A stretch of 64,000 nt of DNA from an uncultured Acidimicrobiales bacterium (lineage in GTDB: Bacteria > Actinomycetota > Acidimicrobiia > Acidimicrobiales > DATKAS01), in the NCBI GenBank assembly GCA_963733765.1, contig CAVTEI010000003.1:501453-565452 (forward strand). Direction: 5' to 3'. Numbering within the stretch: the first letter of the stretch is position 1; every line of letters begins with the position of its first letter. This document shows positions 1 through 9,269 of this stretch, piece after piece. The translations under genes were made by a program, and so were the position numbers. The notes under the pieces are model-generated. The model was given only the letters and a program-made list of their open reading frames with translations. It had not been told where the DNA came from and made no database searches.

Positions 1-454
1 GCGCCCACTCCTCGAAGATCACGTTCTGGAGTGCGCCAAGCACCGTGAACCGTCCGTCGAGCGGTGTGCAGGCACGATCGATCTCGGTCGGCTCGAGGCC
101 GGTCAGCACTGTCCGGACGCGGGTGGCGGCACGTTTGCGTGCCGCCACCACCGCGTCGAGCGAGGGGTGGGCGCCGGCGTCGAGACCGAGCTCGACACCG
201 TTCGTGACGAAGTGGGGCGGCAGCCCGATCGGGTCGTACGGCTGCGGCTCTTCGAGGATCATCCAGCCGACCCACGCGTCCGACACAAACACCAGGTGGC
301 GAAGGTGTTCGATCAACGACCAGCCGTCACCGACGCGTTCGTCGAGCACTTCCGCCCGCAAAGTTGCGGCTTGATCGATGACGTCCGACCACGTGGCGTC
401 GACCGATCTCCAGACGCGCCGGAGTCCGTCCGGCTCGTCCGCGAGCAACCCCAT
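1..454 (-). CDS. DinB-family protein (3' end runs off the window)
   Basis: Not in the ORF track. Manual translation from ATG 454: MGLLADEPDGLRRVW...DERVGDGWSLIEHLRHLVFVSDAW...LQNVIFEEWA, with the DinB-type WS..E.LRHL and EEW.H motifs. Confidence 0.75.
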   Translation of the reverse strand, partial: MGLLADEPDGLRRVWRSVDATWSDVIDQAATLRAEVLDERVGDGWSLIEHLRHLVFVSDAWVGWMILEEPQPYDPIGLPPHFVTNGVELGLDAGAHPSLDAVVAARKRAATRVRTVLTGLEPTEIDRACTPLDGRFTVLGALQNVIFEEWA

Positions 455-588
455 GGGACGGATCAGCGCCGCCTGATGCTCGGTGAGCGGGGCCGCGACA
501 CGCGTCACGCCTTCGACCGTAACGCTTGAGCGCCAGAAGTCGGTATGGGACCTCTGGCGCTCAAGCCGTAGCCGTTCTGCGGCGGGCG

Positions 589-1074
589 TTAGCTGACTGC
601 GGCGCGCTCGAGCTCGGCGAGGTCGATCTTCTTCATGCCCAGCATCACGCTCATCACGCGCTGGGCCTTCTCTTGGTCGGGGTCACGGATGAGCTCGTCG
701 AGCCTCGTGGGAACGATCTGCCACGAGACGCCGAACTTGTCCTTCACCCATCCGCACGGCCCCTCGTCGCCGCCCTCCGACAACTTGGTCCAGAACGTGT
801 CGATCTCGGCCTGCGACTCGCAGTTCACCTGGAACGAGATCGCCTCGTCGATGGTGAATTCCGGACCACCGTTCAGGGCGACGAAGTCCTGACCCTCGAT
901 CTGGAAGTGCACGACCATGACCATGCCCGCGGGCCTCGGTCCCGCCGAGCCGTAATGGCTCACGTGCACGATGCGTGAGTTCTTGAAGATGCGCGTGTAG
1001 TGCTTCGCGGCATCCTCGGCGCACGTGTCAAACCACAGGCAGGGTGCGATCTTGTTCTTGTAGAGCGCAGCCAT
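589..1074 (-). CDS. VOC/PhnB-like (3-demethylubiquinone-9 3-methyltransferase family) protein
   Basis: KIAPCLWFD, ALNGGP, CGWVKDKFGVSWQIVP motifs. Confidence 0.9.
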   Translation of the reverse strand: MAALYKNKIAPCLWFDTCAEDAAKHYTRIFKNSRIVHVSHYGSAGPRPAGMVMVVHFQIEGQDFVALNGGPEFTIDEAISFQVNCESQAEIDTFWTKLSEGGDEGPCGWVKDKFGVSWQIVPTRLDELIRDPDQEKAQRVMSVMLGMKKIDLAELERAAVS

Positions 1075-1116
1075 AGGTTGCCCCTCTCCTCGACGACAAT
1101 TACGCGTACCCGAAGC

Positions 1117-1854
1117 TCAACGGGAGTAGACGGAGATGACGTTGTCGCTGTTCACGGTGAAGGCCTGCCGGTGCCAGCCGCCCCACCGCTCACGAAGCCG
1201 AAGCCCCGCGATGCGGGCCATCAGGTCGAGCTCGGTCGGCCATGTGTAGCGCTGCATGACCGGATTGAACGTGACACCGTCGGCGGTCACCCGCACATGG
1301 TTCTCGGAGAGGACCTGCGTCGAGGGGTCGAGCCGCAACAAGTCGAAGCGCACCGAATCGACGCCGATGCCCTCTGCGTCGACGTACTGACCCGCACGCA
1401 GGTGCTGCACGAAGTTGAACGTGCAACCCCCTTCGACGACGAACGAGCCGTCGTCGGTGAGGTGCGCGGCCACGTTCTCGAAGCAGCGGACCTGATCGTC
1501 CTGGGTGAGCAGGTTGAAGAACGAGTTGAACACGACATAGATGAGGCGGTAGGAGCCCGAGACAGCGACATCGGCGAAATCGCCGATCACGACATCGAGG
1601 TCCTCGCCTCCCGGCTTCGTCCGAAGCTGGGAAACCATCGGCTCCGAGAAGTCGATGCCGTCGACGCGCACGCCCGTCGCCGCAAGGGGAAGTGCGATCC
1701 GCCCCGTGCCGATCGCGAGCTCCAAGGCCGGGCCGCCGTCCGCGAGCGTCACGAGGCACGAGACCGTCGCGTCCTCGTCGCCGCGTTGCGCGAGGCGGTC
1801 ATAGATCTTGGCGTTGGATTCGTCGAACGTCATCCGCGGGTCGTAGTCCTTCAC
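1117..1854 (-). CDS. Class I SAM-dependent methyltransferase
   Basis: LELAIGTGR motif I and GIDFS. Start placed at GTG 1854 (uncertain). Confidence 0.85.
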   Translation of the reverse strand: MKDYDPRMTFDESNAKIYDRLAQRGDEDATVSCLVTLADGGPALELAIGTGRIALPLAATGVRVDGIDFSEPMVSQLRTKPGGEDLDVVIGDFADVAVSGSYRLIYVVFNSFFNLLTQDDQVRCFENVAAHLTDDGSFVVEGGCTFNFVQHLRAGQYVDAEGIGVDSVRFDLLRLDPSTQVLSENHVRVTADGVTFNPVMQRYTWPTELDLMARIAGLRLRERWGGWHRQAFTVNSDNVISVYSR

Positions 1855-1912
1855 GGCCGTGATGCCACTCGGCGGACACGCCCGACGCAATCGATATTCA
1901 GCGCTGCTTCTA

Positions 1913-2854
1913 ATGTCCGACCCCGTGCAAGCAACCAAGCCGCTCGTCTCGCTCCTCCTCCTCCTCTGCGCGGTGGGGTGCAGTTCGAACTCGGAGTCCT
2001 CTGTGCAGGCCGTGGCCGCAGAGATCGTGTCCGAGGGTCATGACGACGGGGACACCGACGGGCACGACCTCGCCGTGGGAGGCAACACCCCGACCGACTC
2101 GCTGGGCCGGTTCGTCCTGCACCACGGTGACCGCGGTCCAGATGTGCTCACACTGCAAGAGCGCCTCGTTGCGCTCGGCGCGTCACTCGCGGAAGACGAC
2201 GACTTCGGCGACGAGACGCTTCATGTCGTGCTTCAGTTCCAACGAGCGGAAGGGATCACGCCCGATGGCGTCGTGGGCCCTGCGACGTGGGCGGCGCTCG
2301 ATGCCCCAACCACCACAGTGGTGTGGGAGCAGCCGAACATCCCTGACTCGCACGCCACCGACGCCCCGACGGGGACGGTCCCCGAGACGCCGACACCGGC
2401 CTCAGCCCCGCCGCTCGAGGGCGACGCCGCGACAGTCGATCCCCAGGCTCCGCCAGACGACGATCCCGCAAAGGGCTCGGGCTCGTGGGCCAAGGCGGTC
2501 GTCACGCTGTCAGACGAGACGGCCACGTTCTACGACGCAGGGGGCAACGTCGTGCTGCAAGCACCCGTCTCCTCGGGGCACGATGGCTTGACGCCGATCG
2601 GCACGTTCCACGTGCAGTCGAAGAGCGAGCGGGCCTATGCAGGCGGACGAGGTGGCGTGTACATGAATTTCATGACTCGGTTCAACGGAGGAATCGGCTT
2701 CCACTCGATCCCGAAGACTGCGCAGGGCGAGGACCTTCCGACGCCGTTGGGGCAACGAGCGGTGAGTCACGGCTGCATTCGCATGGCCGACGACCAGGCA
2801 CAGCTCGTGTTCGAGAACCTCCCAATCGGAGCGCTTGTCGAAGTGCACGCCTAG
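1913..2854 (+). CDS. L,D-transpeptidase lipoprotein with peptidoglycan-binding domain
   Basis: Lipobox-like LLCAVGC, PG_binding_1 motif (LQERL...FQRAEGITPDGVVGPATW), YkuD catalytic motif IGFH...SHGCIRM. Confidence 0.85.
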   Translation: MSDPVQATKPLVSLLLLLCAVGCSSNSESSVQAVAAEIVSEGHDDGDTDGHDLAVGGNTPTDSLGRFVLHHGDRGPDVLTLQERLVALGASLAEDDDFGDETLHVVLQFQRAEGITPDGVVGPATWAALDAPTTTVVWEQPNIPDSHATDAPTGTVPETPTPASAPPLEGDAATVDPQAPPDDDPAKGSGSWAKAVVTLSDETATFYDAGGNVVLQAPVSSGHDGLTPIGTFHVQSKSERAYAGGRGGVYMNFMTRFNGGIGFHSIPKTAQGEDLPTPLGQRAVSHGCIRMADDQAQLVFENLPIGALVEVHA

Positions 2855-2884
2855 TACGTTTCGCCGGGTTGAAGGAGGTGACGG

Positions 2885-4027
2885 ATGCCCGAACGCCGTC
2901 GACCCACGATCACCTCCCTTGTCCGCGGTCGGCGCACCCCCGCTCCTCCACGCGAGCACCCACCTGATGGGCTGACCGACGACGACGCCGGCGCGCCGTC
3001 GGGGCGTTCGCGGCTCGTCGACAGCGCGATCTACGTGGACGGCATCCGGGTCGCCTCCCCGTCGTCGCTCGTCGAGACCTACGCAGCCCTCAGCGAACGG
3101 CCTGACGGAATCGCGTGGATCGGCCTCTACCGGCCGGAAGAGCACGAGGTCGCCTCGCTCGCCGACGCATTCCAGCTGCACGAGCTCGCCGTCGAGGACG
3201 CGATCGTCGCCCACCAGCGGCCGAAGCTCGAGCGCTACGGGGAAACACTGTTCGTCGTCCTTCGACCGGCGCGGTACCTCGACGAGACCGAGGAAGTGGA
3301 GTTCGGCGAGGTCCACGTCTTCGTCGGCACGAACTTCGTCATCACGGTGCGGCACAGCGAAGCACCCGATCTCGGTGCCGTTCGGCACCGGCTCGAGAGC
3401 GACCGCGACCTCCTGCGTCGTGGCCCTGAAGCCGTGCTCTACGCGATCGTCGACCGCGTCGTCGACGGGTACTACCCCGTCGTCGCGGGTCTCGCGAACG
3501 ACATCGACGAGATCGAGATCGAGGTCTTCGGCGGCGTTCCCCAGGTGTCTCGGCGCATCTACGAGCTGTCCCGCGAGGTCACCGAGTTCCAGAGGGCGAC
3601 ACGACCCCTCACCACAGTGCTCTCGTCCCTCACCGCGGGATTCGCGAAGTACGGCATCGACGACGAACTGCAGCGATATCTCCGAGACGTCGACGACCAT
3701 CTCACCCAAGTCATCGAGCGCATCGAGGAGTTCCGCCAGCTCCTTCGCGACATGCTCACGGTGAACGCCACCCTGGTCGCGCAGCAGCAGAACGACGAGA
3801 TGCGCAATCTTGCTCTCGCGAGCAACGTGCAGAACGAGGAGGTGAAGAAGATCTCCGCGTGGGCGGCAATCTTGTTCGCTCCCACGCTGATCGGCACGGT
3901 GTACGGGATGAACTTCGAGAACATGCCCGAGCTCGGCTGGCGCCACGGATACCCGGTCGCGATCGTCCTCATGCTGCTGACTTGCGTGACCCTGTACACG
4001 GTGTTCAAGCGGCGCGACTGGTTGTGA
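2885..4027 (+). CDS. corA: CorA Mg2+/Co2+/Ni2+ transporter
   Basis: HQRPKLE, YGMNF signature, MPEL.W and two C-terminal TM helices. Confidence 0.92.
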   Translation: MPERRRPTITSLVRGRRTPAPPREHPPDGLTDDDAGAPSGRSRLVDSAIYVDGIRVASPSSLVETYAALSERPDGIAWIGLYRPEEHEVASLADAFQLHELAVEDAIVAHQRPKLERYGETLFVVLRPARYLDETEEVEFGEVHVFVGTNFVITVRHSEAPDLGAVRHRLESDRDLLRRGPEAVLYAIVDRVVDGYYPVVAGLANDIDEIEIEVFGGVPQVSRRIYELSREVTEFQRATRPLTTVLSSLTAGFAKYGIDDELQRYLRDVDDHLTQVIERIEEFRQLLRDMLTVNATLVAQQQNDEMRNLALASNVQNEEVKKISAWAAILFAPTLIGTVYGMNFENMPELGWRHGYPVAIVLMLLTCVTLYTVFKRRDWL

Positions 4028-4048
4028 CCCTGGTTGTGATCGAACAGT

Positions 4049-4656
4049 TCAGCGCGCGATCACGCCGCGCAGCACCTCGGTGTCACTCGGCCGCGGATCG
4101 CCATCTCCTTTTCTGCCGTGACGCTCAGCTCCGGGTACTTGCTCGGGTCGACCGCCGCAGTGAGCACCACGTCGGTGCGCCCGAGTTCGTCGGGGTGGAA
4201 CGTGCCGGCGGAGATGCGGTTCGGCGAGAGCGGCGAGTCGCCCGGTCCCACGAACCAGACCTCGTAGTACTCGCCGGTGGGGAGGATCGGCAGCTCGTCG
4301 GTGCGGAGCCCGAGCACTCTTCCGATTCCGGTCCTTGTGCCAGTCACTACGGCCGTCGCTCCCCCGTCGGGAGCTTGCAAGGTGGCGCTGAACTCGCGCA
4401 CACCGTCGGCGACCTGCTGGGAGCCTGGCCGTCGCGTCACCAGTCCGATGCCGAGCCCGACGACGATGGCCGCGGCTGCGCCAAGAACCAGGGCGCGCGG
4501 CGCTGATCGCCGCGCATGAGGAGGGGGTGTCGTGGAAACGGTTGCCCGCGCGTCTGCCGCGGCCTCGCGAAGCGCGGTGACACGCGCCGTTTCGGGTGTG
4601 CGGTCAACGACAAGTGCGTCGCCGAGGCGCCGGAGCATCTCGTCGTCAGCGGACAT
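4049..4656 (-). CDS. RskA-like membrane anti-sigma factor (apparent frameshift near 4110)
   Basis: Single TM helix, YYEVWFV and ISAGTF motifs; overlaps the ECF sigma stop. One extra base at the T-run near 4110 restores the typical end VTAE.GDGDPRPSDTEVLRG. Confidence 0.75.
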
Positions 4657-5209
4657 CGGTCGCCCCCTCGTAGAGGACGCGTAGGCGCCCGAGTGCACGG
4701 GACTGCGCCATCCGAACCGCACCAGGCCGGCGGCCGAGGATCTCCCCGGCTCCCTCCGCCGTGAGTCCCGCGACGACCCGAAGCTCGAGCAGCTCCTGGT
4801 CTTCCGGCGTGAGACGGGCGAACGCCTCCCGCATGAGCGAACGGTTCGTCGCCTCGATGATCGCCCCGAGCGCGTCACACGAACCGTGTTCGGCGGTCTC
4901 GGGGGGTTCGGCGACACTCACGAGCCGAGCGCGATGCCGATGGCTTTCGCGCACCACGTTGCGCAGGATGCCGAACAGCCAAGCATCGAATCCGGCACCT
5001 CGCCAGGTGAACGTGTCGATGCGATGCAACGCGCGCAGCATGGTCTCGCTCACCACGTCGTCAGCAGTGCCATCGGAGGGCACGCGGCGCCGCGCGTACG
5101 CGAAGAGTCGGGAGTAGGACCGGCGATACAGCTGCTCCCATGCCTCCGGCTCGCGAGTGCGAGCACGCATCACGAGTTCGCGGACATCCGTCTCGACTCG
5201 TTCGGTCAC
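4646..5209 (-). CDS. ECF RNA polymerase sigma factor
   Basis: Region 2 (AWEQLYRR...ADDVVSET...FDAWLFGILRN) and region 4 (LTPEDQELLELR...GAVRMAQSRALGRLR). Confidence 0.9.
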   Translation of the reverse strand: MTERVETDVRELVMRARTREPEAWEQLYRRSYSRLFAYARRRVPSDGTADDVVSETMLRALHRIDTFTWRGAGFDAWLFGILRNVVRESHRHRARLVSVAEPPETAEHGSCDALGAIIEATNRSLMREAFARLTPEDQELLELRVVAGLTAEGAGEILGRRPGAVRMAQSRALGRLRVLYEGATDVR

Positions 5210-5362
5210 ATCACTGCCCCACGTCGCGTTCAAGACGACGGGTATACGGCGGAGCCGCACGCGGTGGATGGTTTGAATCGGGCTGTGACGCGCGCCCGAC
5301 TCCGCGCATGAGAACGATCAGACGTCGGGACCTGCCGACGCACGATCATTCGAGGAGTCCAA

Positions 5363-6292
5363 ATGCGCAATCTCAAGAAGGCATTCGCCGCGGTCGCGGC
5401 CGCGGTCGCAATCGGTGCCGTCGGCGGCACCGCCGCCGCGCAAGGCGACAACGGCGGTGACGGCTTCGGCATCGGCGGCCTGTTCCGTGACCGTGACGGC
5501 GGGGCATGCGCGAGCTCGTTCCCCGGCTTCCGCTTCCGCCTCAACGTCATCGGACTCACGAGCGACGGACGGTTGATCTGCTTCTCGGAGAACCGCCCGG
5601 ACAACGCGCGTGACATCGGCAATGTCACGGGACTGGTCGGAGACACCTCGCTCGTCGGCATCGACTTCCGCCCGGCGAACGGTGAGCTCGTCGGCCTCGG
5701 CAACGCGGGTGGCGTCTACGCCGTCGACCCAGCCTCCGGCGCGGCGACCAAGAAAAGCCAGCTGAGCGTGCCAATGACCGGCACTTCGTTCGGGGTGGAC
5801 TTCAACCCGACCGTCGACCGCCTGCGCATCGTCAGCGACGCCGGCGAGAACCTGCGAGTGAATGTCGACACCGGCGCGGCGAACGTCGATTCGTCGCTCA
5901 CCTACACCGCACCGCCCGCCGCGCCTGTCACCGCGACGGGCGTCGTCGGAGTGGCGTACACGAACAACGACGCTGATCCGAACACCGCGACGACGCTGTA
6001 CGACATCGACTCGATGCTCGACCAGGTGGCGATCCAGTCCCCACCGAACAACGGGATCCTCGGTGCCACGGGCAAGCTCGGTGTCGACACGAGCCCGGTC
6101 GTCGGCTCCGACATTTACTCCATCGTCCGCAACGGCTCGACCGTCGACGTGCTCGGGTTTGCGTCACTCACCACAAGTGATCGCTCGGGCTTCTACTCGA
6201 TCACCCTCGCCACAGGGCGGGCTACCCCGCGCGGCACGTTCGCTCCCAACAACCAGGTGATCGGGATCGCGATCCCGCTGAACCAGCTGTAA
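5363..6292 (+). CDS. Secreted DUF4394-like beta-propeller protein
   Basis: Signal peptide, LVGIDFRPA, GVDFNPTVDRLRIVS, AYTNN and QSPPNNG motifs; GAGGAG RBS upstream. Confidence 0.8.
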   Translation: MRNLKKAFAAVAAAVAIGAVGGTAAAQGDNGGDGFGIGGLFRDRDGGACASSFPGFRFRLNVIGLTSDGRLICFSENRPDNARDIGNVTGLVGDTSLVGIDFRPANGELVGLGNAGGVYAVDPASGAATKKSQLSVPMTGTSFGVDFNPTVDRLRIVSDAGENLRVNVDTGAANVDSSLTYTAPPAAPVTATGVVGVAYTNNDADPNTATTLYDIDSMLDQVAIQSPPNNGILGATGKLGVDTSPVVGSDIYSIVRNGSTVDVLGFASLTTSDRSGFYSITLATGRATPRGTFAPNNQVIGIAIPLNQL

Positions 6293-6394
6293 GTCATCCG
6301 CCCCAGCGGCCGCCCTGCTTCCGTCCCGTGACGGAACTCGGGCGGCCGCGCCGGCGCGTGGTGCGGGCATGAGCGCCCGTGGTAAGCGTGGGTC

Positions 6395-7438
6395 ATGACG
6401 GCGCTGCCGCTCACGTCGCTGCTCTCACAGGTGCTCGTCGCGCTCACGATCGAGACCGACAACGAGTACGAACACCGCGCTCCCCGCGGCGCGGGCGCGT
6501 GGCTGACCTCGACCGCGATGTACGTGAACTTCCTGCGGTTCGTGCCGCCCGAAGGTGTGCGGATGGCCGAGGTCGCCGCGAACGCCGGCGCACCGACACC
6601 CGTCCACACGGCGTTTCACGGGATGCGCCGATGGGGCTACGTTCGCTACTCGCCCGACATCACGGGAACACCGAAGGTTCGCGACGGCGAAGCGATCGTG
6701 CACCTCACGCCGGCGGGCGCTCACGCGCAGCGACTCTGGCAACAGGTCATCACGGATGTCGAGGCGCGCTGGGCGGATCGGGAGCTCGACACGCTCCGCG
6801 CCGCGCTCGTCCCAGTCGCGGCAGCCATCGATCGACCCCTGCCCGAGTACTTCCCCGTTCTCGGAAGCGACTTTGGTGCGCCTGCACTGGCCAACCCCAT
6901 GAGCCGTCCCGCCGCCGAGCTCGGGCTCCTCGGCCTGTTGTCTCAGGTGTCTCTCGCGATGACGTACGACTTCGAAGCGGAGTCGGGACTGTCCCTCGGG
7001 ATGTGCGCCAACCTGCTGCGGCCGCTCGGATCCGACTCCATACCGCTGCGGGACCTCCCGGACATCAGCGGAGCAGCCAAGCGGGTGTGGAGCGCGGCGG
7101 TTGGGCGTCTCGAGAAGCTCGGCCTGCTCGTGTCGGAGACGGCCGCATCTGGCCGCGGCAAGTCGCTGCGGCTCACCGACGACGGCATCGAAGCGCAGCA
7201 CGTGGGCGTGGTGTTGCTCACCGAAGTCGACGAGCGTTGGCGCAAGCAAGGCGGTCTCGACGTCGCCAAGCTCCGCGCAGAGCTCGAAGCGATCGTCGGC
7301 GACGGACGACCCGGCGCGCCGGTGTTCGACGGGCTCACTCCCTACCCCGAGTGCTGGCGAGCAAAGCTCGAACCCATCAGCGCACTCCCCCATCAACCGC
7401 TTGTGATGCACCGCGGCGGCTACCCGGACGGCAGCTGA
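6395..7438 (+). CDS. Conserved hypothetical protein with two MarR-like winged-helix repeats
   Basis: Internal duplication (LLSQVLVALTIE / LLSQVSLAMTYDFE; VHLTPAG / LRLTDDG); ends HRGGYPDGS. Confidence 0.6.
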   Translation: MTALPLTSLLSQVLVALTIETDNEYEHRAPRGAGAWLTSTAMYVNFLRFVPPEGVRMAEVAANAGAPTPVHTAFHGMRRWGYVRYSPDITGTPKVRDGEAIVHLTPAGAHAQRLWQQVITDVEARWADRELDTLRAALVPVAAAIDRPLPEYFPVLGSDFGAPALANPMSRPAAELGLLGLLSQVSLAMTYDFEAESGLSLGMCANLLRPLGSDSIPLRDLPDISGAAKRVWSAAVGRLEKLGLLVSETAASGRGKSLRLTDDGIEAQHVGVVLLTEVDERWRKQGGLDVAKLRAELEAIVGDGRPGAPVFDGLTPYPECWRAKLEPISALPHQPLVMHRGGYPDGS

Positions 7439-7439
7439 C

Positions 7440-7958
7440 TCACTCCTCCTCCGGCGCTCTCGCTATGAGCGCGATGCGAACAACCACCGTCGGTTCGACC
7501 CGCAGCATCAGGATCCTCGGAGGGTTCAGGCCGAAGTCGCGGATGTCGAACGTCGACTCGCCTTCGAGCCGGATCGTCCGAGCGTCGACGGGAGTGATCC
7601 GCATCACGTCCTGGCACGGCCTCGAGACGCCCCGCAGCGCCAAGTCTCCGGAGATCCGGTAGCGCTCACCCTCCACTCGCTCCATGGCCGTGAGCACCCC
7701 GTCGATCGTCGGGTAGCGAGCGATGTCGACGAACTTCTGCAGCTCGCGATCCTCCAACGAGTTGCCGGATGTCAGTCGCCGCACCGGAAGCGACAGCCGC
7801 CCTGCCGGCGGCTTCGTGGGATCGATCCCATCACCGTCCATGAAGTCGAGCTCAACGAAGCCGTCGATGCCGTCCGCGGTCGAGTGGATCTTGTGCACGC
7901 TCGACCGCGCGTCGACCCACACACGGGACTCGTCGGGCACGATCCGGTAGTGGGTCAC
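7440..7958 (-). CDS. YceI-family (polyisoprenoid-binding fold) protein, no signal peptide
   Basis: S.V...ARSSVH.I, LTSGNSLEDREL, YPTI, GDLALRGVSR, DIRDFG motifs. Start overlaps the upstream microprotein stop. Confidence 0.8.
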   Translation of the reverse strand: MTHYRIVPDESRVWVDARSSVHKIHSTADGIDGFVELDFMDGDGIDPTKPPAGRLSLPVRRLTSGNSLEDRELQKFVDIARYPTIDGVLTAMERVEGERYRISGDLALRGVSRPCQDVMRITPVDARTIRLEGESTFDIRDFGLNPPRILMLRVEPTVVVRIALIARAPEEE

Positions 7959-8065
7959 ATCCCGCGCATCTTCAGGTACCGCGCGACGTCGGGGAGGGAC
8001 TTCACGATGAGCACTGCGACAGCCGCCATGACGACCGACGTCACCATCTTCCGTATCGCGCGCAC
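7955..8065 (-). CDS. Small membrane protein, 36 aa (DUF6893-like), copy 1
   Basis: MRAIRKMVTSVVMAAVAVLIVKSLPDVARYLKMRGM: one TM helix plus PD..RY..(M/L)R.M tail; coupled to YceI. Start codon uncertain. Confidence 0.7.
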   Translation of the reverse strand: MRAIRKMVTSVVMAAVAVLIVKSLPDVARYLKMRGM

Positions 8066-8096
8066 CAGCAATTGACTACGCCACATCGATGTCCGT

Positions 8097-8121
8097 GTAA
8101 ATCGGTGCGATTCACACCGAT
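8097..8121. promoter_or_regulatory. Palindromic operator candidate ATCGGTG-N7-CACCGAT (hydrogenase-locus motif, site 1)
   Basis: Perfect 7-bp inverted repeat at 8101-8121 preceded by GTAA, in the divergent gap; related copies at 19965-19989 and 25684-25708. Confidence 0.7.
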
Positions 8122-8157
8122 GGCGCCACTCGGAGTCGTGTCGTACGGTACCGAGCA

Positions 8158-9267
8158 GTGGAGGAGGCCTCGTCGACGACTGGTACGGACAGCCCACTCG
8201 CGTCGAGATTCGAGCTCGCCCCACCCCGCCGGTTCGTGCTTCCCGCTGTGCTCCTGCTCTTGTCGGAGCAACCAGGCCACGGGTACAGCCTCGACAAGGA
8301 CCTGCGCGATCTCAACTTCGGGAAGATCGATCGACCAACGGTCTACCGCGCCCTGGCGCAGCTCGAGAAGGACGGCCTGGTGCAGTCCCGCTCGGAGGTC
8401 CCCGCGGCCGGGCACGAGCGGCGGGTGTACGGCGTCACGCCGCTCGGCGAGCGTGCCCTTCGCGTCTGGATGAGCGTGATCAAAGAGGAGCGCGACCTGC
8501 TCGGTCGGGTCCTGCGGCGCTACCAAGCGACGGGCACCCTCGACGCGATGCTCTCTGAGGTCGAAGGCGGATGGGCCGCCGGTCTCGGGTCCGGCTGGTC
8601 GCCGGTGTCTCCGACCTCGATGGCACCGCGGCACCTCAGACCTGTCGTCATCGATCCGGACGACCTCCTGAGCGCTGACTTCGAGGACGCTCCGCTCGAG
8701 GTCGAGACCATCACCGTGACGGCGCCGGCGGAGAACCGGGGCACCGACTCGCCGCGGCGATTCGCGCTGACACCCGATCGTTCGGTCGCGTTGATCGAGG
8801 TCCGCTCAACGGTCGGGCCCATCAGCTTCGGGGCTGTTGGCATCACCGGTCACGTCGAAGCGGCCGTCACCGAAGGCAAGGTGAACCCCGAGCCGCCACC
8901 GTCGGCGCACATCGAGATCGCGGTCGACGGCTTGCGTTCCGGCAACAGCCTCTACGACGCGGAGCTACTGCGACGCATCGACGCCCGCCGCTTCCCGACG
9001 GCAACGATCGACCTTTCCGAATGCATGGTCAGCAGTACGAGCGGCCGCTACCGCGTGTCCGGTGAGCTCACCTTCCACGGAGTCACCCGCTCGGCGCATG
9101 GAACCGTGAACGTCGCCGAGCGCCCGGGCGGAAGGCTCGTCATCACCGGCGAACAGGTCTTCGACATTCGTGACTTCGACGTCCCGTCGCCGACAGTGCT
9201 CATGCTGCGCATCTACCCGGACGTGCGAGTCCACCTTCACGTCGAAGCCGAACTCGAGGAGGAGTAG
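8158..9267 (+). CDS. PadR-family winged-helix regulator fused to a C-terminal YceI-like domain
   Basis: N-terminal LLLLSEQPGHGYSL...PTVYRALAQLEKDGLV...RRVYGVTPLG (PadR); C-terminal LRSGNSLYDAEL...FPT...GELTFHGVTR...DIRDF (YceI). Confidence 0.85.
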   Translation: MEEASSTTGTDSPLASRFELAPPRRFVLPAVLLLLSEQPGHGYSLDKDLRDLNFGKIDRPTVYRALAQLEKDGLVQSRSEVPAAGHERRVYGVTPLGERALRVWMSVIKEERDLLGRVLRRYQATGTLDAMLSEVEGGWAAGLGSGWSPVSPTSMAPRHLRPVVIDPDDLLSADFEDAPLEVETITVTAPAENRGTDSPRRFALTPDRSVALIEVRSTVGPISFGAVGITGHVEAAVTEGKVNPEPPPSAHIEIAVDGLRSGNSLYDAELLRRIDARRFPTATIDLSECMVSSTSGRYRVSGELTFHGVTRSAHGTVNVAERPGGRLVITGEQVFDIRDFDVPSPTVLMLRIYPDVRVHLHVEAELEEE

Positions 9268-9269
9268 CG

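Noticed and set aside
2510-3946. Long antisense or alternative-frame ORFs (e.g. 2510-3946, 18768-20432, 35650-37293, 42751-44481, 59804-61708)
   Set aside because: Shadow ORFs expected at this GC content: they overlap well-supported genes and give Arg/Gly/Ala-rich translations with no motifs.
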